NCBI GenBank assembly: GCA_038136415.1
Contig: JAYPZT010000001.1
Span: forward strand, 1-54,525
Reading direction: 5' to 3'
Length of the DNA stretch: 54,525 nt
Source of the DNA: Opitutales bacterium
Lineage (GTDB): Bacteria; Verrucomicrobiota; Verrucomicrobiia; Opitutales; Seribacteraceae
Part shown: piece after piece, positions 10,183-20,347 of the stretch
How the letters are laid out: each line of letters begins with the position of its first letter
Numbering within the stretch: the first letter of the stretch is position 1
Notes under the pieces: model-generated
The model's input: the letters and a program-made list of their open reading frames with translations, nothing else
Database searches by the model: none
Told to the model about the DNA's origin: nothing
Translations under genes and position numbers: made by a program

Positions 10183-11439
10183 ATGAGCCAAAAAACCTTA
10201 TCACCCGATCTCTCTATGCCCTCTTTTTCCCTCGAATCCCCCAAAACTTTCCAAAATTTTGCCGAAAGTAGATCTTGGGAACCAGGCTGGCTTGCAGATT
10301 TCCGCAAAGATTGCTGGGATAGTTTCTCTGAATTGCCCGATCATATCCTCAAGGATGAACGCTGGAGATTTTCTCCGCGAGCCCGTTTCGGCATTAGTAA
10401 GATTGCCGGGCTTGCAGATGCAAAAAACTCTTTAATATTCGGTCAAAATGAAATCGCTGACGGAGTATCACTTGATCTACTGGACAAACTAATCCTGGAC
10501 CAACCTCACGCTTTATCTGCCCTCCCAGAAATCTCCGGCCCAAACTTAGGGGCAGATGAATTTCATCATTTAACTGGGGCATTTGCTGAAACTGGATTTG
10601 TTTTGCGTGCCGATACATCTGTCACAAGTACATCTCCAATTGTGATCGAGCATTCAGAACCAGAACTGGGCAAAATTGCTTTTCATCATAATCTCATTGA
10701 GCTCGGGGCATATTCTGAGATTACAGTAATCGAAAAGTTTACCTCGAATAGCCAAAACCCAGGAGGGTATATTTCCAATTTATTGAAAGTAAAGCTTGGT
10801 GAAGGAGCTAAACTCAATCGCATTGTTATCCAGAACTGCTCCAAAGACGCCACCCTTATGAACATGGAGAATTTTGTAATTGGCAAAAATGCAAACCTTC
10901 ATACGACCAGTATCCATTTGGGATGCAGTCAATCACGAATTGAATCCCGCGGCATCTTAAAAGAGCCTGGTGCTCACTTTGAATACGGTTCTGCGTTTCT
11001 TGGTAAGGATGAGCAAATATTTGATCAAAGAACCATTCAGGTTCATGAAGCTCCCCATTGCACCAGTAATTTACTCTGCAAGAATGCCCTGAGGAATGAA
11101 TCCAAATCAGTTTTTTCTGGCCTTATTAAAGTGGAGGAGGACGCCCAGCACACGGATGCCTATCAGACCAACCGTAACCTACTCTTAAGTTCACAAGCAG
11201 AAGCAGATTCGCTTCCCGGGTTGGAAATTTTGGCCAATGAAGTTAAGTGCAGCCACGGAGCCACCACCAGTAAGATTGATCCGCAGGAATTATTTTACCT
11301 TAAATGTCGTGGTATCGCTGAGTCAGAGGCAGAAAAATTAATTGCACTCGGATTTCTCAGCCAGTCAATTGATACAATTTCTGATGAGCAGACCCGTGAA
11401 CTAGCTTTGGAACAGCTTGCTCAATCATTCGACTCGTAA
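10183..11439 (+). CDS. sufD: Fe-S cluster assembly protein SufD
   Basis: E.WRF, SVFSG.I.V, NRNLLLS, PGLEI.ANEVKCSHGAT and FYL..RGI. Confidence 0.93.
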   Translation: MSQKTLSPDLSMPSFSLESPKTFQNFAESRSWEPGWLADFRKDCWDSFSELPDHILKDERWRFSPRARFGISKIAGLADAKNSLIFGQNEIADGVSLDLLDKLILDQPHALSALPEISGPNLGADEFHHLTGAFAETGFVLRADTSVTSTSPIVIEHSEPELGKIAFHHNLIELGAYSEITVIEKFTSNSQNPGGYISNLLKVKLGEGAKLNRIVIQNCSKDATLMNMENFVIGKNANLHTTSIHLGCSQSRIESRGILKEPGAHFEYGSAFLGKDEQIFDQRTIQVHEAPHCTSNLLCKNALRNESKSVFSGLIKVEEDAQHTDAYQTNRNLLLSSQAEADSLPGLEILANEVKCSHGATTSKIDPQELFYLKCRGIAESEAEKLIALGFLSQSIDTISDEQTRELALEQLAQSFDS

Positions 11440-11444
11440 AAATT

Positions 11445-11990
11445 ATGAGCCACCAGGAAGTTGAATTAACCAGAGATGTGGTAGCCACGCTTATCCCGCA
11501 TGGGGAGGAATTTACTCTTGGACGTGGAGAGAAAGTTACCATCACTCATCGCCTGGGAGGTAACTTCACCGTCATGACGCTGCAGGGAATGTACCGTATC
11601 GCTGCAATGGATGCCGATGCCCTTGGGGAAAACCTCGAGACCTCAAACAGTGCTAATAAATCCAAGGATTCAAAGCCTGCTGAGATCGAGGATATTCGAG
11701 AAAGCCTAAAATCCGTTTTTGACCCGGAAATTCCGGTTAATGTGGTGGATTTAGGTCTGATTTACCGCGTAGAGATCGAAAATACTGAAACTTATGGACG
11801 GGTGGCTTATATTGATCTCACCCTGACTGCACCTGGTTGCGGCATGGGCCCGGTTATCGCAGACGACTGCAAAGGTAAAGTGCTCGAGCTTGCCGGCATC
11901 GATCATGCCGAAGTAGAAATTGTCTGGGATCCACCCTGGACTCAGGATATGATTTCGGAGGAAGGCAAGATGGAGCTTGGTCTTATCTGA
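11445..11990 (+). CDS. sufT: Fe-S cluster assembly protein SufT (long DUF59 form)
   Basis: DPEIPVNVVDLGLIY, TLTAPGCGMG and WDPPW, with an N-terminal extension containing LGGNFTV. Confidence 0.9.
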   Translation: MSHQEVELTRDVVATLIPHGEEFTLGRGEKVTITHRLGGNFTVMTLQGMYRIAAMDADALGENLETSNSANKSKDSKPAEIEDIRESLKSVFDPEIPVNVVDLGLIYRVEIENTETYGRVAYIDLTLTAPGCGMGPVIADDCKGKVLELAGIDHAEVEIVWDPPWTQDMISEEGKMELGLI

Positions 11991-12017
11991 ATACCAACCA
12001 ATTGAGATTAACAGGTT

Positions 12018-12452
12018 ATGAAAATTGCACTAGGTACAGACCATGCCGGTTTTGAATATAAGGAGGCAGTGAAAACTCACCTTCTCAAATTGGGTCATGA
12101 GGTTGAGGATTTTGGAACTCACTCCAGTGAATCCGTAGACTATCCCGAATATGTGCAACCCGCTTCCCAAAGTGTTGCAGATGGAACATGCGACCTAGGA
12201 GTTGTATTTGGTGGCAGCGGGAATGGGGAAGCTATGGCTGCGAATAAGATCAAAGGTGTTCGCTGCGCTCTGTGTTGGAGTGTTGAAACTGCACGCCTGG
12301 CCAAGGAGCACAACAATGCAAATGTATTATCGATTGGACAAAGGCAAATCAGCCAAGAATTAACTCTGCAAATCATTGATGCCTGGCTCAATGCTGAATT
12401 TGAGGGAGGCAGACACATTCGCAGGATTGAGATGCTCGACAAAAACTTTTAA
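12018..12452 (+). CDS. rpiB: Ribose-5-phosphate isomerase B
   Basis: DHAG, VDYP, GSGNG, ANKIKGVR, HNNAN and FEGGRH.RR. Confidence 0.95.
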   Translation: MKIALGTDHAGFEYKEAVKTHLLKLGHEVEDFGTHSSESVDYPEYVQPASQSVADGTCDLGVVFGGSGNGEAMAANKIKGVRCALCWSVETARLAKEHNNANVLSIGQRQISQELTLQIIDAWLNAEFEGGRHIRRIEMLDKNF

Positions 12453-12475
12453 CCAGATATATCCAAACCCTTTTC

Positions 12476-13057
12476 ATGAGCGAAGATAAAGACAAAGACA
12501 AAAAGTCCGGCCCGGTAGCCGAAGCAATTCAATCTAAATTCATTGAAGACCGTAAGGTTTTTCTCTGGGGAGAAGTTAGCGACAAATCCGCTCGCGACAT
12601 CACTGAAAAACTCCTTCATCTGGAAGCTACTGATCCAGGAAAAGAGATTACTTTTTACATCAACTCTCCCGGTGGATCCATCACCGCAGGCATGGCCATT
12701 TTCGATACTATGCAATTAATCAGCTCGCCCATCAAAGTTGTGGTTACGGGAATGGCTGCGAGTATGGGATCTATCCTTCTTTGCGGAGCATCCAAGGGGC
12801 TCCGGTATTTATATCCTCACTCACGGGTACTCATTCACCAGCCTCTCATCACTGGCCGTATGGTTGCCGCTGCTGTTGATATTAATATACAGGCGCAGGA
12901 AATGGAACGTCTCAGGGAAGAATTGAACACCATTTTGTCCCGCACATCCGGGCAACCCATGGAAAAAATCCAACAGGATACTGACCGGGATTTTTACTTA
13001 AATGCACAAGAAGCCATTGAATATGGCTTAGCCGATAAAATTATCGATAAACTCTAG
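12476..13057 (+). CDS. clpP: ATP-dependent Clp protease proteolytic subunit
   Basis: YINSPGGS; catalytic residues in GMAASMG (Ser), IHQP (His) and DRD (Asp). Confidence 0.95.
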   Translation: MSEDKDKDKKSGPVAEAIQSKFIEDRKVFLWGEVSDKSARDITEKLLHLEATDPGKEITFYINSPGGSITAGMAIFDTMQLISSPIKVVVTGMAASMGSILLCGASKGLRYLYPHSRVLIHQPLITGRMVAAAVDINIQAQEMERLREELNTILSRTSGQPMEKIQQDTDRDFYLNAQEAIEYGLADKIIDKL

Positions 13058-13059
13058 TC

Positions 13060-14187
13060 CTATTTAGCTCTAATACGGGCAATTGGCTTTCCCATATCTG
13101 AAAATGGTATCTTTTGGCAAAGATGCCATTCCTTTGGCTTCATGCACCCCTTTAAAAGTTCATTGGTTCGTGCCTGAACTTCCTTGAGGTCAATGTTTTC
13201 AGGCGAGATGTAAACCACCAGTCTCGCCCCCCATTTCTCATCGGGAATTCCAGTTGCCAAACATTGCTCTACCATTCCTGTGGAATACAGAATTTGTTCG
13301 ATTTGAGAGGCACTTACTTTTTCTCCACCGGTGTTAATAATCCGGTCCGATCTTCCATGGATTTTCAAATTTCCATTTTCAGAGAAAGAACAGTAGTCGG
13401 GAGTCCTTAACCAATCACCCCGCTGATATTTTTGATTCCCCCGGGATAAACATAAGCTATCTGCTTGAACTTCTGCGATTTGAGTGACGGGATCTAAGCG
13501 TATTTGGGCATGACTAAGGCACTGCCCTACTCCATCGATTCCGTTCAAAAAGTTCTCAGAATGAAGCAGGGTTACCATGCCTGCAGTTTCGGAAGAGCCG
13601 TAACAGGGAAATACGGGTAGCTCCGATTCTCTTGCTTTTTCATTTAGATGAGGACTGATGGTCGCACCACCCACAAAAATTCCTTTTACACACTTCAGTA
13701 AATCTACCGCTCTCTCATCCTTAAGTAGTTCCACAAGCTGGGTGGGAACCAGCGATATCCAAAATTCACTGACGATTGAAGGTCTCAGGGATGCGATATC
13801 CCTGTAATCACAAAAAATAATTTTACCACCTGTTCTCCACGCCCGCTCCAATTGCATCCACCCCCCAACATGCCATAGTGGCAAGCAACACAAACTATTC
13901 ACAGGTTCCTCTCCGATTCGGTTGATTAATCCATCAACGGCAAAACCTAAGGTAGACGGAGAATGAGTAACTTTCTCAGGTTCCCCTCCCGTTCCACCTG
14001 AAAAAAAGCTCAAGGTAATGTCTTGTTCTGAGTCGGTATCTTCAGAAGATCCATCAGTGCTTAAAGTGACTGATTTACCTTTTTTCAAAATTTCATACGC
14101 AGAAGTAGCGTACTCCAAAAGCAACTCTCCTTTAGAACTCCCGGATGTACTCCAATCGGAGATAAAATTGGAATACTCAACCATCAT
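13060..14187 (-). CDS. menE: O-succinylbenzoate--CoA ligase-like AMP-binding enzyme
   Basis: SGGTGGEP, PLWHVGG, SLVPTQL, VGG, YGSSETA, GRSDRIINTGGEKV and PDEKWG. ATG 14187 overlaps the menC stop (ATGA). Confidence 0.75.
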   Translation of the reverse strand: MMVEYSNFISDWSTSGSSKGELLLEYATSAYEILKKGKSVTLSTDGSSEDTDSEQDITLSFFSGGTGGEPEKVTHSPSTLGFAVDGLINRIGEEPVNSLCCLPLWHVGGWMQLERAWRTGGKIIFCDYRDIASLRPSIVSEFWISLVPTQLVELLKDERAVDLLKCVKGIFVGGATISPHLNEKARESELPVFPCYGSSETAGMVTLLHSENFLNGIDGVGQCLSHAQIRLDPVTQIAEVQADSLCLSRGNQKYQRGDWLRTPDYCSFSENGNLKIHGRSDRIINTGGEKVSASQIEQILYSTGMVEQCLATGIPDEKWGARLVVYISPENIDLKEVQARTNELLKGCMKPKEWHLCQKIPFSDMGKPIARIRAK

Positions 14188-15137
14188 TGATCTAACTTTC
14201 TCCACAATCTGTCCAACTCTTCAACAGATACGGATGGAGATGATAAATTAGCCTGGTGATGTTGCTTAAATTCATGCTTATTTCCGAGAAAGCAGGATCT
14301 TTCCAATCCTGGCACCAAAGGGGAATGCGAAGCAAGCCGCAACAATGCCTCGTATCCGAAGGGACTTTCGAATGCAGTGGAAAAAATAACCCTATCCATA
14401 CAATCTTTAAAAACAGAGAAGAGACTAATCCAATCTGGGAAAAGAATTGGTTTAATCACAAAGAATATATTTTCCCCCAACCCAGCAATTTGAGCGTCAA
14501 GATCCAGTCTGAGCAAAGATTCATCCAACGCAATAGGTATGGGGGACTGGGGTGCGTAATTGAGTAACCACTCATCATCCTTGAACCCCGTAGGCTGTTC
14601 AATAAATTCAACCGAGGTAAAGTGCATCAGGGACTCGGTCCATTTCAGCAGATCATCTCGTGAAAAGCTTTCATTTGGATCAAGCCGCACCCGCACTCCT
14701 TCTGGTAGATCCTTCAGCCATTTTTGAATCATTGGAATTTCATCAGTTGGTGGCAAGATTCCGATTTTTCTTTTCACCACTCCTTCAAGATGATCGGGCT
14801 TCATTCCCCACAGTCGGGCACTGCTCTTTAAATACTGTCGGGGAGAATCTGGATTCATCCAAATAGAAGAGGCCAAAGATGTTAACGCGGGTCTTATCCA
14901 TAAAAAATCTGATGAATCAATTTGGTAACTGGCCCAGTTGTCCAACTCCGCCTGAAATTCCTCAGTTATGATATCGTTGCGGTCAGGAATGGGAGCAATT
15001 TCACCGAAACTTATTGATCCGTCTTCTTTCTGTTCGCGAAGGACCCAACTGGTTCTTTCTTCCCATCTTCCTCTTGAAGTAATGAGCGGGGATTGAAAAG
15101 ACTGCTTATAGACTATGTATTTACGAGAAGGTTCCAT
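14184..15137 (-). CDS. menC: O-succinylbenzoate synthase-like enolase-superfamily protein
   Basis: GEIAP, KRKIG (KxK), RLDPN, FIEQP, IALDES and VIKP; translationally coupled to the menE-like gene. Confidence 0.75.
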   Translation of the reverse strand: MEPSRKYIVYKQSFQSPLITSRGRWEERTSWVLREQKEDGSISFGEIAPIPDRNDIITEEFQAELDNWASYQIDSSDFLWIRPALTSLASSIWMNPDSPRQYLKSSARLWGMKPDHLEGVVKRKIGILPPTDEIPMIQKWLKDLPEGVRVRLDPNESFSRDDLLKWTESLMHFTSVEFIEQPTGFKDDEWLLNYAPQSPIPIALDESLLRLDLDAQIAGLGENIFFVIKPILFPDWISLFSVFKDCMDRVIFSTAFESPFGYEALLRLASHSPLVPGLERSCFLGNKHEFKQHHQANLSSPSVSVEELDRLWRKLDQ

Positions 15138-15209
15138 TGAATATCCTTGAGATAAGCATCCTTTTAGATCATATAAATAGATCGTCGATGGACAACAAAA
15201 TCACCAATC

Positions 15210-16763
15210 ATGGATAACGAGTTATTCCTCGCAGCAAATGAATTTTTCTCCCGTTCTTTACCCAGCGGGCTGACATTTGATGATGTTTCCTTGGTTACTC
15301 GCTATTCCGAGGTTTTACCTGGCCAAGTTAAACTGGACACCAAGCTATGTGAGTCCATCCACTTAAGCCTGCCAATGATTTCTGCAGATATGGATACAGT
15401 CACTGAATCTCAGATGGCGATTGGCATGGCTCTTAATGGGGGCATGGGGCTCATTCATTACAACATGAGCCAAAGGCAACAAGTGAAAGAAGTGACCCGG
15501 GTAAAGCATCATGTACATGGATTGATTCAGGACCCTATCTCTTTTACTGCGGACAAATATATCGCCGATGTTCTGGAAACCATCGAGGAGAAGAATTTTC
15601 AATTCCGTACTTTTCCCATCGTGGACGAGGCAGGGAAATTACTGGGATTACTACCCGGTCGCGTTGTCAAAGCAAGATACCGGGACCGCAAGGTTACCGA
15701 AGGAATGCTCCCACGTGACAAAGTTTTCACAATCCGGGAATCTGAAGTTGGAGATGATCCCATTGCTACTGCAGATAAATTTTTCAGTGCCCACATGGGC
15801 ATACACAAACTCCTGGTAGTCGATGAAGAGGACCGTATGCGTGGCCTTTACACACTCAGTGACATCGAGCGGATCATGGATGAATCATCAGATCACTTAA
15901 AACCATCCAGGGATCAGAATTTCAGGTTACTTTGCGGGGCAGCCGTATCCGTACCACGGGATGATGAGGGTAACATCAAAAAAGATTCTTTGGTAGACCA
16001 TGTTGGCGAAATGGTAACAAAAGGCCTCAACCTGGTCGCCGTATCAACTGCACATGGACATACAAAGGGTGTGGGAGATGCGATAAAATCCTTACGGTCT
16101 GTCTTCAAAGATTTACCAATCATGGCAGGAAATGTAACCACCGGGGAAGGTGTAGAGTTTCTTGCCGATTCTGGAGCGGATATTGTCAAAATTGGCCAGG
16201 GTCCAGGATCAATCTGTACAACTCGAATCGTGGCTGGGGTTGGCACGCCTCAAATGACTGCATTGTATGCTGCTGCTCAATCCAAGAAAAAATCAGGGGT
16301 TACCCTTCTTGCGGATGGTGGCATCAATAAGTCTGGTGATATCGTGAAGGCACTGACTCTTGCGGACGGCGTAATCTGCGGAGGTTTACTCGCTGGGTGC
16401 CGGGAGGCTCCCGGAGCCATTATCGAAATTGAAGGGAAATATTATAAACAATATCGGGGCATGGGCAGCCTGGAGGCTATGCGTGATGGCTCTGCTGCAC
16501 GCTACGGACACAGCCAGAAAGATTTGCGTGGCAAAAGTGCTCCAGAGGGAATCGAGGCATTAAAAGAAGTCTCGGGATCCCTTCGGGAAATTCTGGAAAA
16601 TTTGGCCGGTGGCATTCGGGCGGGGCTTGGTTACCTTGGGGCACCGGATCTTGCCACCCTTGCCCACAATGCCCGCTTCGTTCGGGTTACTCCAGCCGGA
16701 CAGCGTGAGTCTGCTCCGCATGATGTGGTTGAAATCAAAAGAAGCGATCTTGCCCGCTCCTAA
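15210..16763 (+). CDS. guaB: Inosine-5'-monophosphate dehydrogenase with CBS domains
   Basis: [38 protein letters not shown] and PEGIE. Confidence 0.96.
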   Translation: MDNELFLAANEFFSRSLPSGLTFDDVSLVTRYSEVLPGQVKLDTKLCESIHLSLPMISADMDTVTESQMAIGMALNGGMGLIHYNMSQRQQVKEVTRVKHHVHGLIQDPISFTADKYIADVLETIEEKNFQFRTFPIVDEAGKLLGLLPGRVVKARYRDRKVTEGMLPRDKVFTIRESEVGDDPIATADKFFSAHMGIHKLLVVDEEDRMRGLYTLSDIERIMDESSDHLKPSRDQNFRLLCGAAVSVPRDDEGNIKKDSLVDHVGEMVTKGLNLVAVSTAHGHTKGVGDAIKSLRSVFKDLPIMAGNVTTGEGVEFLADSGADIVKIGQGPGSICTTRIVAGVGTPQMTALYAAAQSKKKSGVTLLADGGINKSGDIVKALTLADGVICGGLLAGCREAPGAIIEIEGKYYKQYRGMGSLEAMRDGSAARYGHSQKDLRGKSAPEGIEALKEVSGSLREILENLAGGIRAGLGYLGAPDLATLAHNARFVRVTPAGQRESAPHDVVEIKRSDLARS

Positions 16764-16780
16764 TCTTCCCAATTTATTTA

Positions 16781-18361
16781 ATGAGCCTTTCTGATCAATC
16801 ATTCGCTTCCAATTTGGTAACAGTCACCGGAATAAGCATGGGTGATGAAGGCAAAGGACGGGTAGTTCATGAAATTCTCGAAAACGAGAAAAAACTCCAT
16901 AACCAGCCAGCCATCGGAGTAATGAAAGTAAATGGTGGAGCCAATGCTGGTCATACCGCCGCTGGTCTAAAGCTTAATTTACTCCCATCAGGAGTGGGAG
17001 ATCCAGATGTCCCCACCCTACTGATAGGATCGGGAGTTGTGGCAGATCCTCGAAAGTTTCTCTGGGAAGCAAAACCACTTGAAGCCAGGGGTTTGAAAAT
17101 CCTGGACCGGTTACTCATTGATGAAAAATGTCAGGTTAGCGACCTAACTCACAGATTACTGGACCTGGCGTGGGAAAACTATCGGGTGGAGCAACTCGGA
17201 ATGGAGAGCAGAGGCTCCACTGGTAGAGGAATCAGCCCTTCCTATGGGGATGAAACCGGACAATGGCAAATTTTTTACCAGGTCTTTAAACAGGAAAAAG
17301 ATGCTTTCTATTCTGCCCTGCGTCAGCGCTGCAACCGGGCGATGGATACCATACGCTGGGTTTGTAAAGTTAAGGAATCTGAATGGTTTAATTTTTTTGA
17401 GATTCTTACCCAGGCAGAAAACCGGGCAAACCAAGCTTCCATTGATGATGGCATTTTCCAGCTTGAGGAGTTTAATTTTAGCAGGTTCCTGGGAACAGAG
17501 CCCTACTCCCTAAATCTTGAGGAATTGTTTGAAGTATACTGGAAAGCTGGGACAGAGCTTTGTTCACAGATTAGGGACGGCCGAGATTTCCTTCTTCGTG
17601 CCAAGAAGGAAAAGCGATTGGTTGTTGCTGAATTCGGACAGGCATACTGGCTCGACAAAAGGCATGGCTTTACCCCAAATGTAACCGCATCCCATACCAC
17701 AAGTGCGGAATTATTCCACTCTGGAGGTATTCCCTTGCAGCCAGTTAGTGAAGTCGGGTGCTGCAAGGCCTATGACACAAAAGTCGGCACCCATCATTTT
17801 CTCACCCAAATCGATCATATCGATGACCCATGGGGCAGGAAACTTGCTAAACTAGAATTTGGAACATCTACGGGAAGGCAGCGTATGGTTGGCTGGTTCG
17901 ACGCTGTGGAAAAAGGAAACGCGTTAAGGTATGGTGGATTCGATCAGTTAGTCATCAATAAATTGGATGCCCTCACCTTAGACCCCTCAGTACCCCCAGA
18001 GCTGAAGATTTGCACCGGGTACAAATCTGCTGACGGAAGTATTTCATACACCGTACCCAGAAATGAAGAACTTAGAAGGTCTTTGCAGCCTGTTTACAAA
18101 ACCCTTCCGGGATGGACCGAAGATATTCAGAAAATTCAGTCCTTTTATTCCTTACCCAAGGAAGCACAATTATATGTTGCTGAAATGCTGGGCTGCTTAG
18201 TCGATGCAGCTTTTCCTGATGGTCTTAATCCCTCATGCAAACTACCCGAAATCAGATTTATCGGAGTTGGTCCAAACCCCGGAGAAATCATTTCAGATAT
18301 ACCTGCATCCAAAGAACTTCTTGATCTAAGAAAAAGTTTAGAGCTATCGGCAATTTCGTGA
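16781..18361 (+). CDS. purA: Adenylosuccinate synthetase (divergent, long form)
   Basis: GDEGKG, GGANAGHT, GSTGRGI, TGRQR, NKLD and LPGW; adjacent to guaB. Confidence 0.9.
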   Translation: MSLSDQSFASNLVTVTGISMGDEGKGRVVHEILENEKKLHNQPAIGVMKVNGGANAGHTAAGLKLNLLPSGVGDPDVPTLLIGSGVVADPRKFLWEAKPLEARGLKILDRLLIDEKCQVSDLTHRLLDLAWENYRVEQLGMESRGSTGRGISPSYGDETGQWQIFYQVFKQEKDAFYSALRQRCNRAMDTIRWVCKVKESEWFNFFEILTQAENRANQASIDDGIFQLEEFNFSRFLGTEPYSLNLEELFEVYWKAGTELCSQIRDGRDFLLRAKKEKRLVVAEFGQAYWLDKRHGFTPNVTASHTTSAELFHSGGIPLQPVSEVGCCKAYDTKVGTHHFLTQIDHIDDPWGRKLAKLEFGTSTGRQRMVGWFDAVEKGNALRYGGFDQLVINKLDALTLDPSVPPELKICTGYKSADGSISYTVPRNEELRRSLQPVYKTLPGWTEDIQKIQSFYSLPKEAQLYVAEMLGCLVDAAFPDGLNPSCKLPEIRFIGVGPNPGEIISDIPASKELLDLRKSLELSAIS

Positions 18362-19290
18362 ACGCTACTCCAAACCGGGTTGATCATTTTCGCCGACGAA
18401 TCTCGTGGCATGAAATAGAAGAATCATCCAGGTTAGTAGACTCTATTTTCACCGTATGTGTTGATGAAGACCTCGGTAAGGCTCAAAGTAAATCACCCTG
18501 GCAATCGGATCTGACTTGCCAGACTTGCAATATCAAAACCAGAGGTAATGCAGCCTTCGTAGCCCGTGAGGATATGGTAATTTGCGGACTTAATTTGCCT
18601 GATCTCATTTTGCCGAAATTTGGATGCAAAGAATTAAATTTCACACCGCAAAAAAAAGATGGAGATTTCTGCCCAAAAGGAGATTGCTTAGGAATTTTAA
18701 GAGGTCCGACCAGTCAAATTCTAGCCGCCGAAAGAACTCTCCTCAATTTTATGCAGCGATTATCTGGCGTTGCCACAAAATCAGCTGGCTTTGTAAAAAT
18801 TCTCGCCCAGTATGATGTCGGTTTACTGGATACAAGAAAAACTACTCCTGGACTGAGGATTTTTGAGAAATATGCCACTGCCACCGGAGGTTCTTACAAT
18901 CACAGAATGGGCTTGTTTGACCAGATTCTTATCAAAGACAATCACTTGGCATCAGCTGGAGTTTCCAACAACAAAGAATTTTTAGAGTTTCTGACCTCAG
19001 TAAAAGAACGGGCGAAGGATCAATTGGTGGAGGTGGAAATTGACGATTTAGCCAGGCTCGAGCCCTCCATAGAAGGAGGTGTGGATGCTGTCTTACTGGA
19101 CAATTTTTCACCTGAAGAAGTAGCCCAGGCTGTAAAAATTAATCAAAACCGGGTCGTGCTTGAGGCAAGCGGTGGAATCAATGAGGAAAACCTTGTTGAA
19201 TACGCCAATGCTGGGCCTCACTTTGTATCCACGGGTGCTCCCGTGCATCAGGCAAGATGGGTAGATATTGGGTTGGATTGGATTGATTAA
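18358..19290 (+). CDS. nadC: Quinolinate phosphoribosyltransferase
   Basis: ERTLLNF, DTRKTTPG, NHR.GL, IKDNH, EVE, LLDN and EASGGI; GTGA overlap with the purA stop. Confidence 0.95.
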   Translation: MNATPNRVDHFRRRISWHEIEESSRLVDSIFTVCVDEDLGKAQSKSPWQSDLTCQTCNIKTRGNAAFVAREDMVICGLNLPDLILPKFGCKELNFTPQKKDGDFCPKGDCLGILRGPTSQILAAERTLLNFMQRLSGVATKSAGFVKILAQYDVGLLDTRKTTPGLRIFEKYATATGGSYNHRMGLFDQILIKDNHLASAGVSNNKEFLEFLTSVKERAKDQLVEVEIDDLARLEPSIEGGVDAVLLDNFSPEEVAQAVKINQNRVVLEASGGINEENLVEYANAGPHFVSTGAPVHQARWVDIGLDWID

Positions 19291-19291
19291 G

Positions 19292-20347
19292 ATGGCTAAG
19301 TACCCAAAGGGAATGAGAAAAGTTTTGGACCCCAGCAAAGTAAAAGCAAAAGGGATCAAAACAGATGATCCAAATGCATTCTTATTGGGTAGTTTGTTAA
19401 AAGCCTCACCACAATTTATTTCCGGAAATTATCTGGCCGAGAAATTAAAAATGTCCCGTGTAGGAATTTGGTCCAGAATTGATAAACTTCGTAAGACAGG
19501 ATTATTGATTGAAGCCTGCCAGAACCGGGGGTATCGATTGGCGGGTGAGCCGAACACTCTCGTGCGACCATTATTGGAAGCATGGTTTAAGGAATGCAAA
19601 TTGGAGTACCCCTTTCACTTACTTGACCGTGTAGATAGCACAAATTCTGAAGCTGAAAGGCTTCTCGCGAGCGGACATAAAGCACCATTCATTGTTTTAA
19701 GTCATCAGCAAGAAAAGGGGCGTGGTAGAATGGGAAGAAAGTGGCACAGCCCAAAGGGAGGAAATCTTTATTTATCCATCGCATTACAACCCAATGTCGA
19801 ATTAGTGAAATTCCGTAATTTCACTCTCTGGCAGGGTGTTTCCATTGGGAAATTTCTTCAAAAACATACTGGAGTTGAAGACCTCCGGGTCAAATGGCCC
19901 AATGATCTACTTTTAAATAATAAAAAGCTTGCTGGCATGCTGACCGAGGCCTCGATTGACTGTGATCAAGTCAGGTCTATTGTGTTTGGCTTTGGATTGA
20001 ATATAAACTCAACGATTAAACAATTTCCGAACGATCTCCAAAATATATCCACATCTTTGAAAGAGGAAACTGGCATGGAATGGCGGATTCATGAACTTGC
20101 CGCAAAAATTGTCCGAGTGAGTATCAAAGCAAGTAAGGAATGCATGAAAGAGAATTCTGGTGAAAAATTACTCCAGCAATGGGAGGAGATGGATTTTCTA
20201 AAAGGACAAAAAGTAACTATCCAAAGTGGAAAAGATCAGTTCTCTGGAAAAGCAAACGGGATCGATGCATCAGGTGCTCTGATCCTTCAAGCCAGGAATG
20301 GGAAACGAAAAGCCGTAAACTCAGGCGAAGTTTCTCTCCAGAAGTGA
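19292..20347 (+). CDS. birA: Bifunctional biotin--[acetyl-CoA carboxylase] ligase/repressor
   Basis: N-terminal wHTH (ISGNYLAEKLKMSR...RGYRL), DSTN, GRGRMGR.W, KWPNDL, KLAGML and SGEV. Confidence 0.93.
   Translation: MAKYPKGMRKVLDPSKVKAKGIKTDDPNAFLLGSLLKASPQFISGNYLAEKLKMSRVGIWSRIDKLRKTGLLIEACQNRGYRLAGEPNTLVRPLLEAWFKECKLEYPFHLLDRVDSTNSEAERLLASGHKAPFIVLSHQQEKGRGRMGRKWHSPKGGNLYLSIALQPNVELVKFRNFTLWQGVSIGKFLQKHTGVEDLRVKWPNDLLLNNKKLAGMLTEASIDCDQVRSIVFGFGLNINSTIKQFPNDLQNISTSLKEETGMEWRIHELAAKIVRVSIKASKECMKENSGEKLLQQWEEMDFLKGQKVTIQSGKDQFSGKANGIDASGALILQARNGKRKAVNSGEVSLQK

Noticed and set aside
16781-18361. PurZ (2-aminoadenine pathway) instead of PurA
   Set aside because: It retains the catalytic Asp in GDEGKG (PurZ has Ser there) and the KLD GTP motif, and it sits beside guaB with no phage context.
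20179-20343. N-terminal extension of CoaX given by the ORF track
   Set aside because: It overlaps birA; GTG 20344 gives a typical GTGA coupling just before the DIGNT motif.
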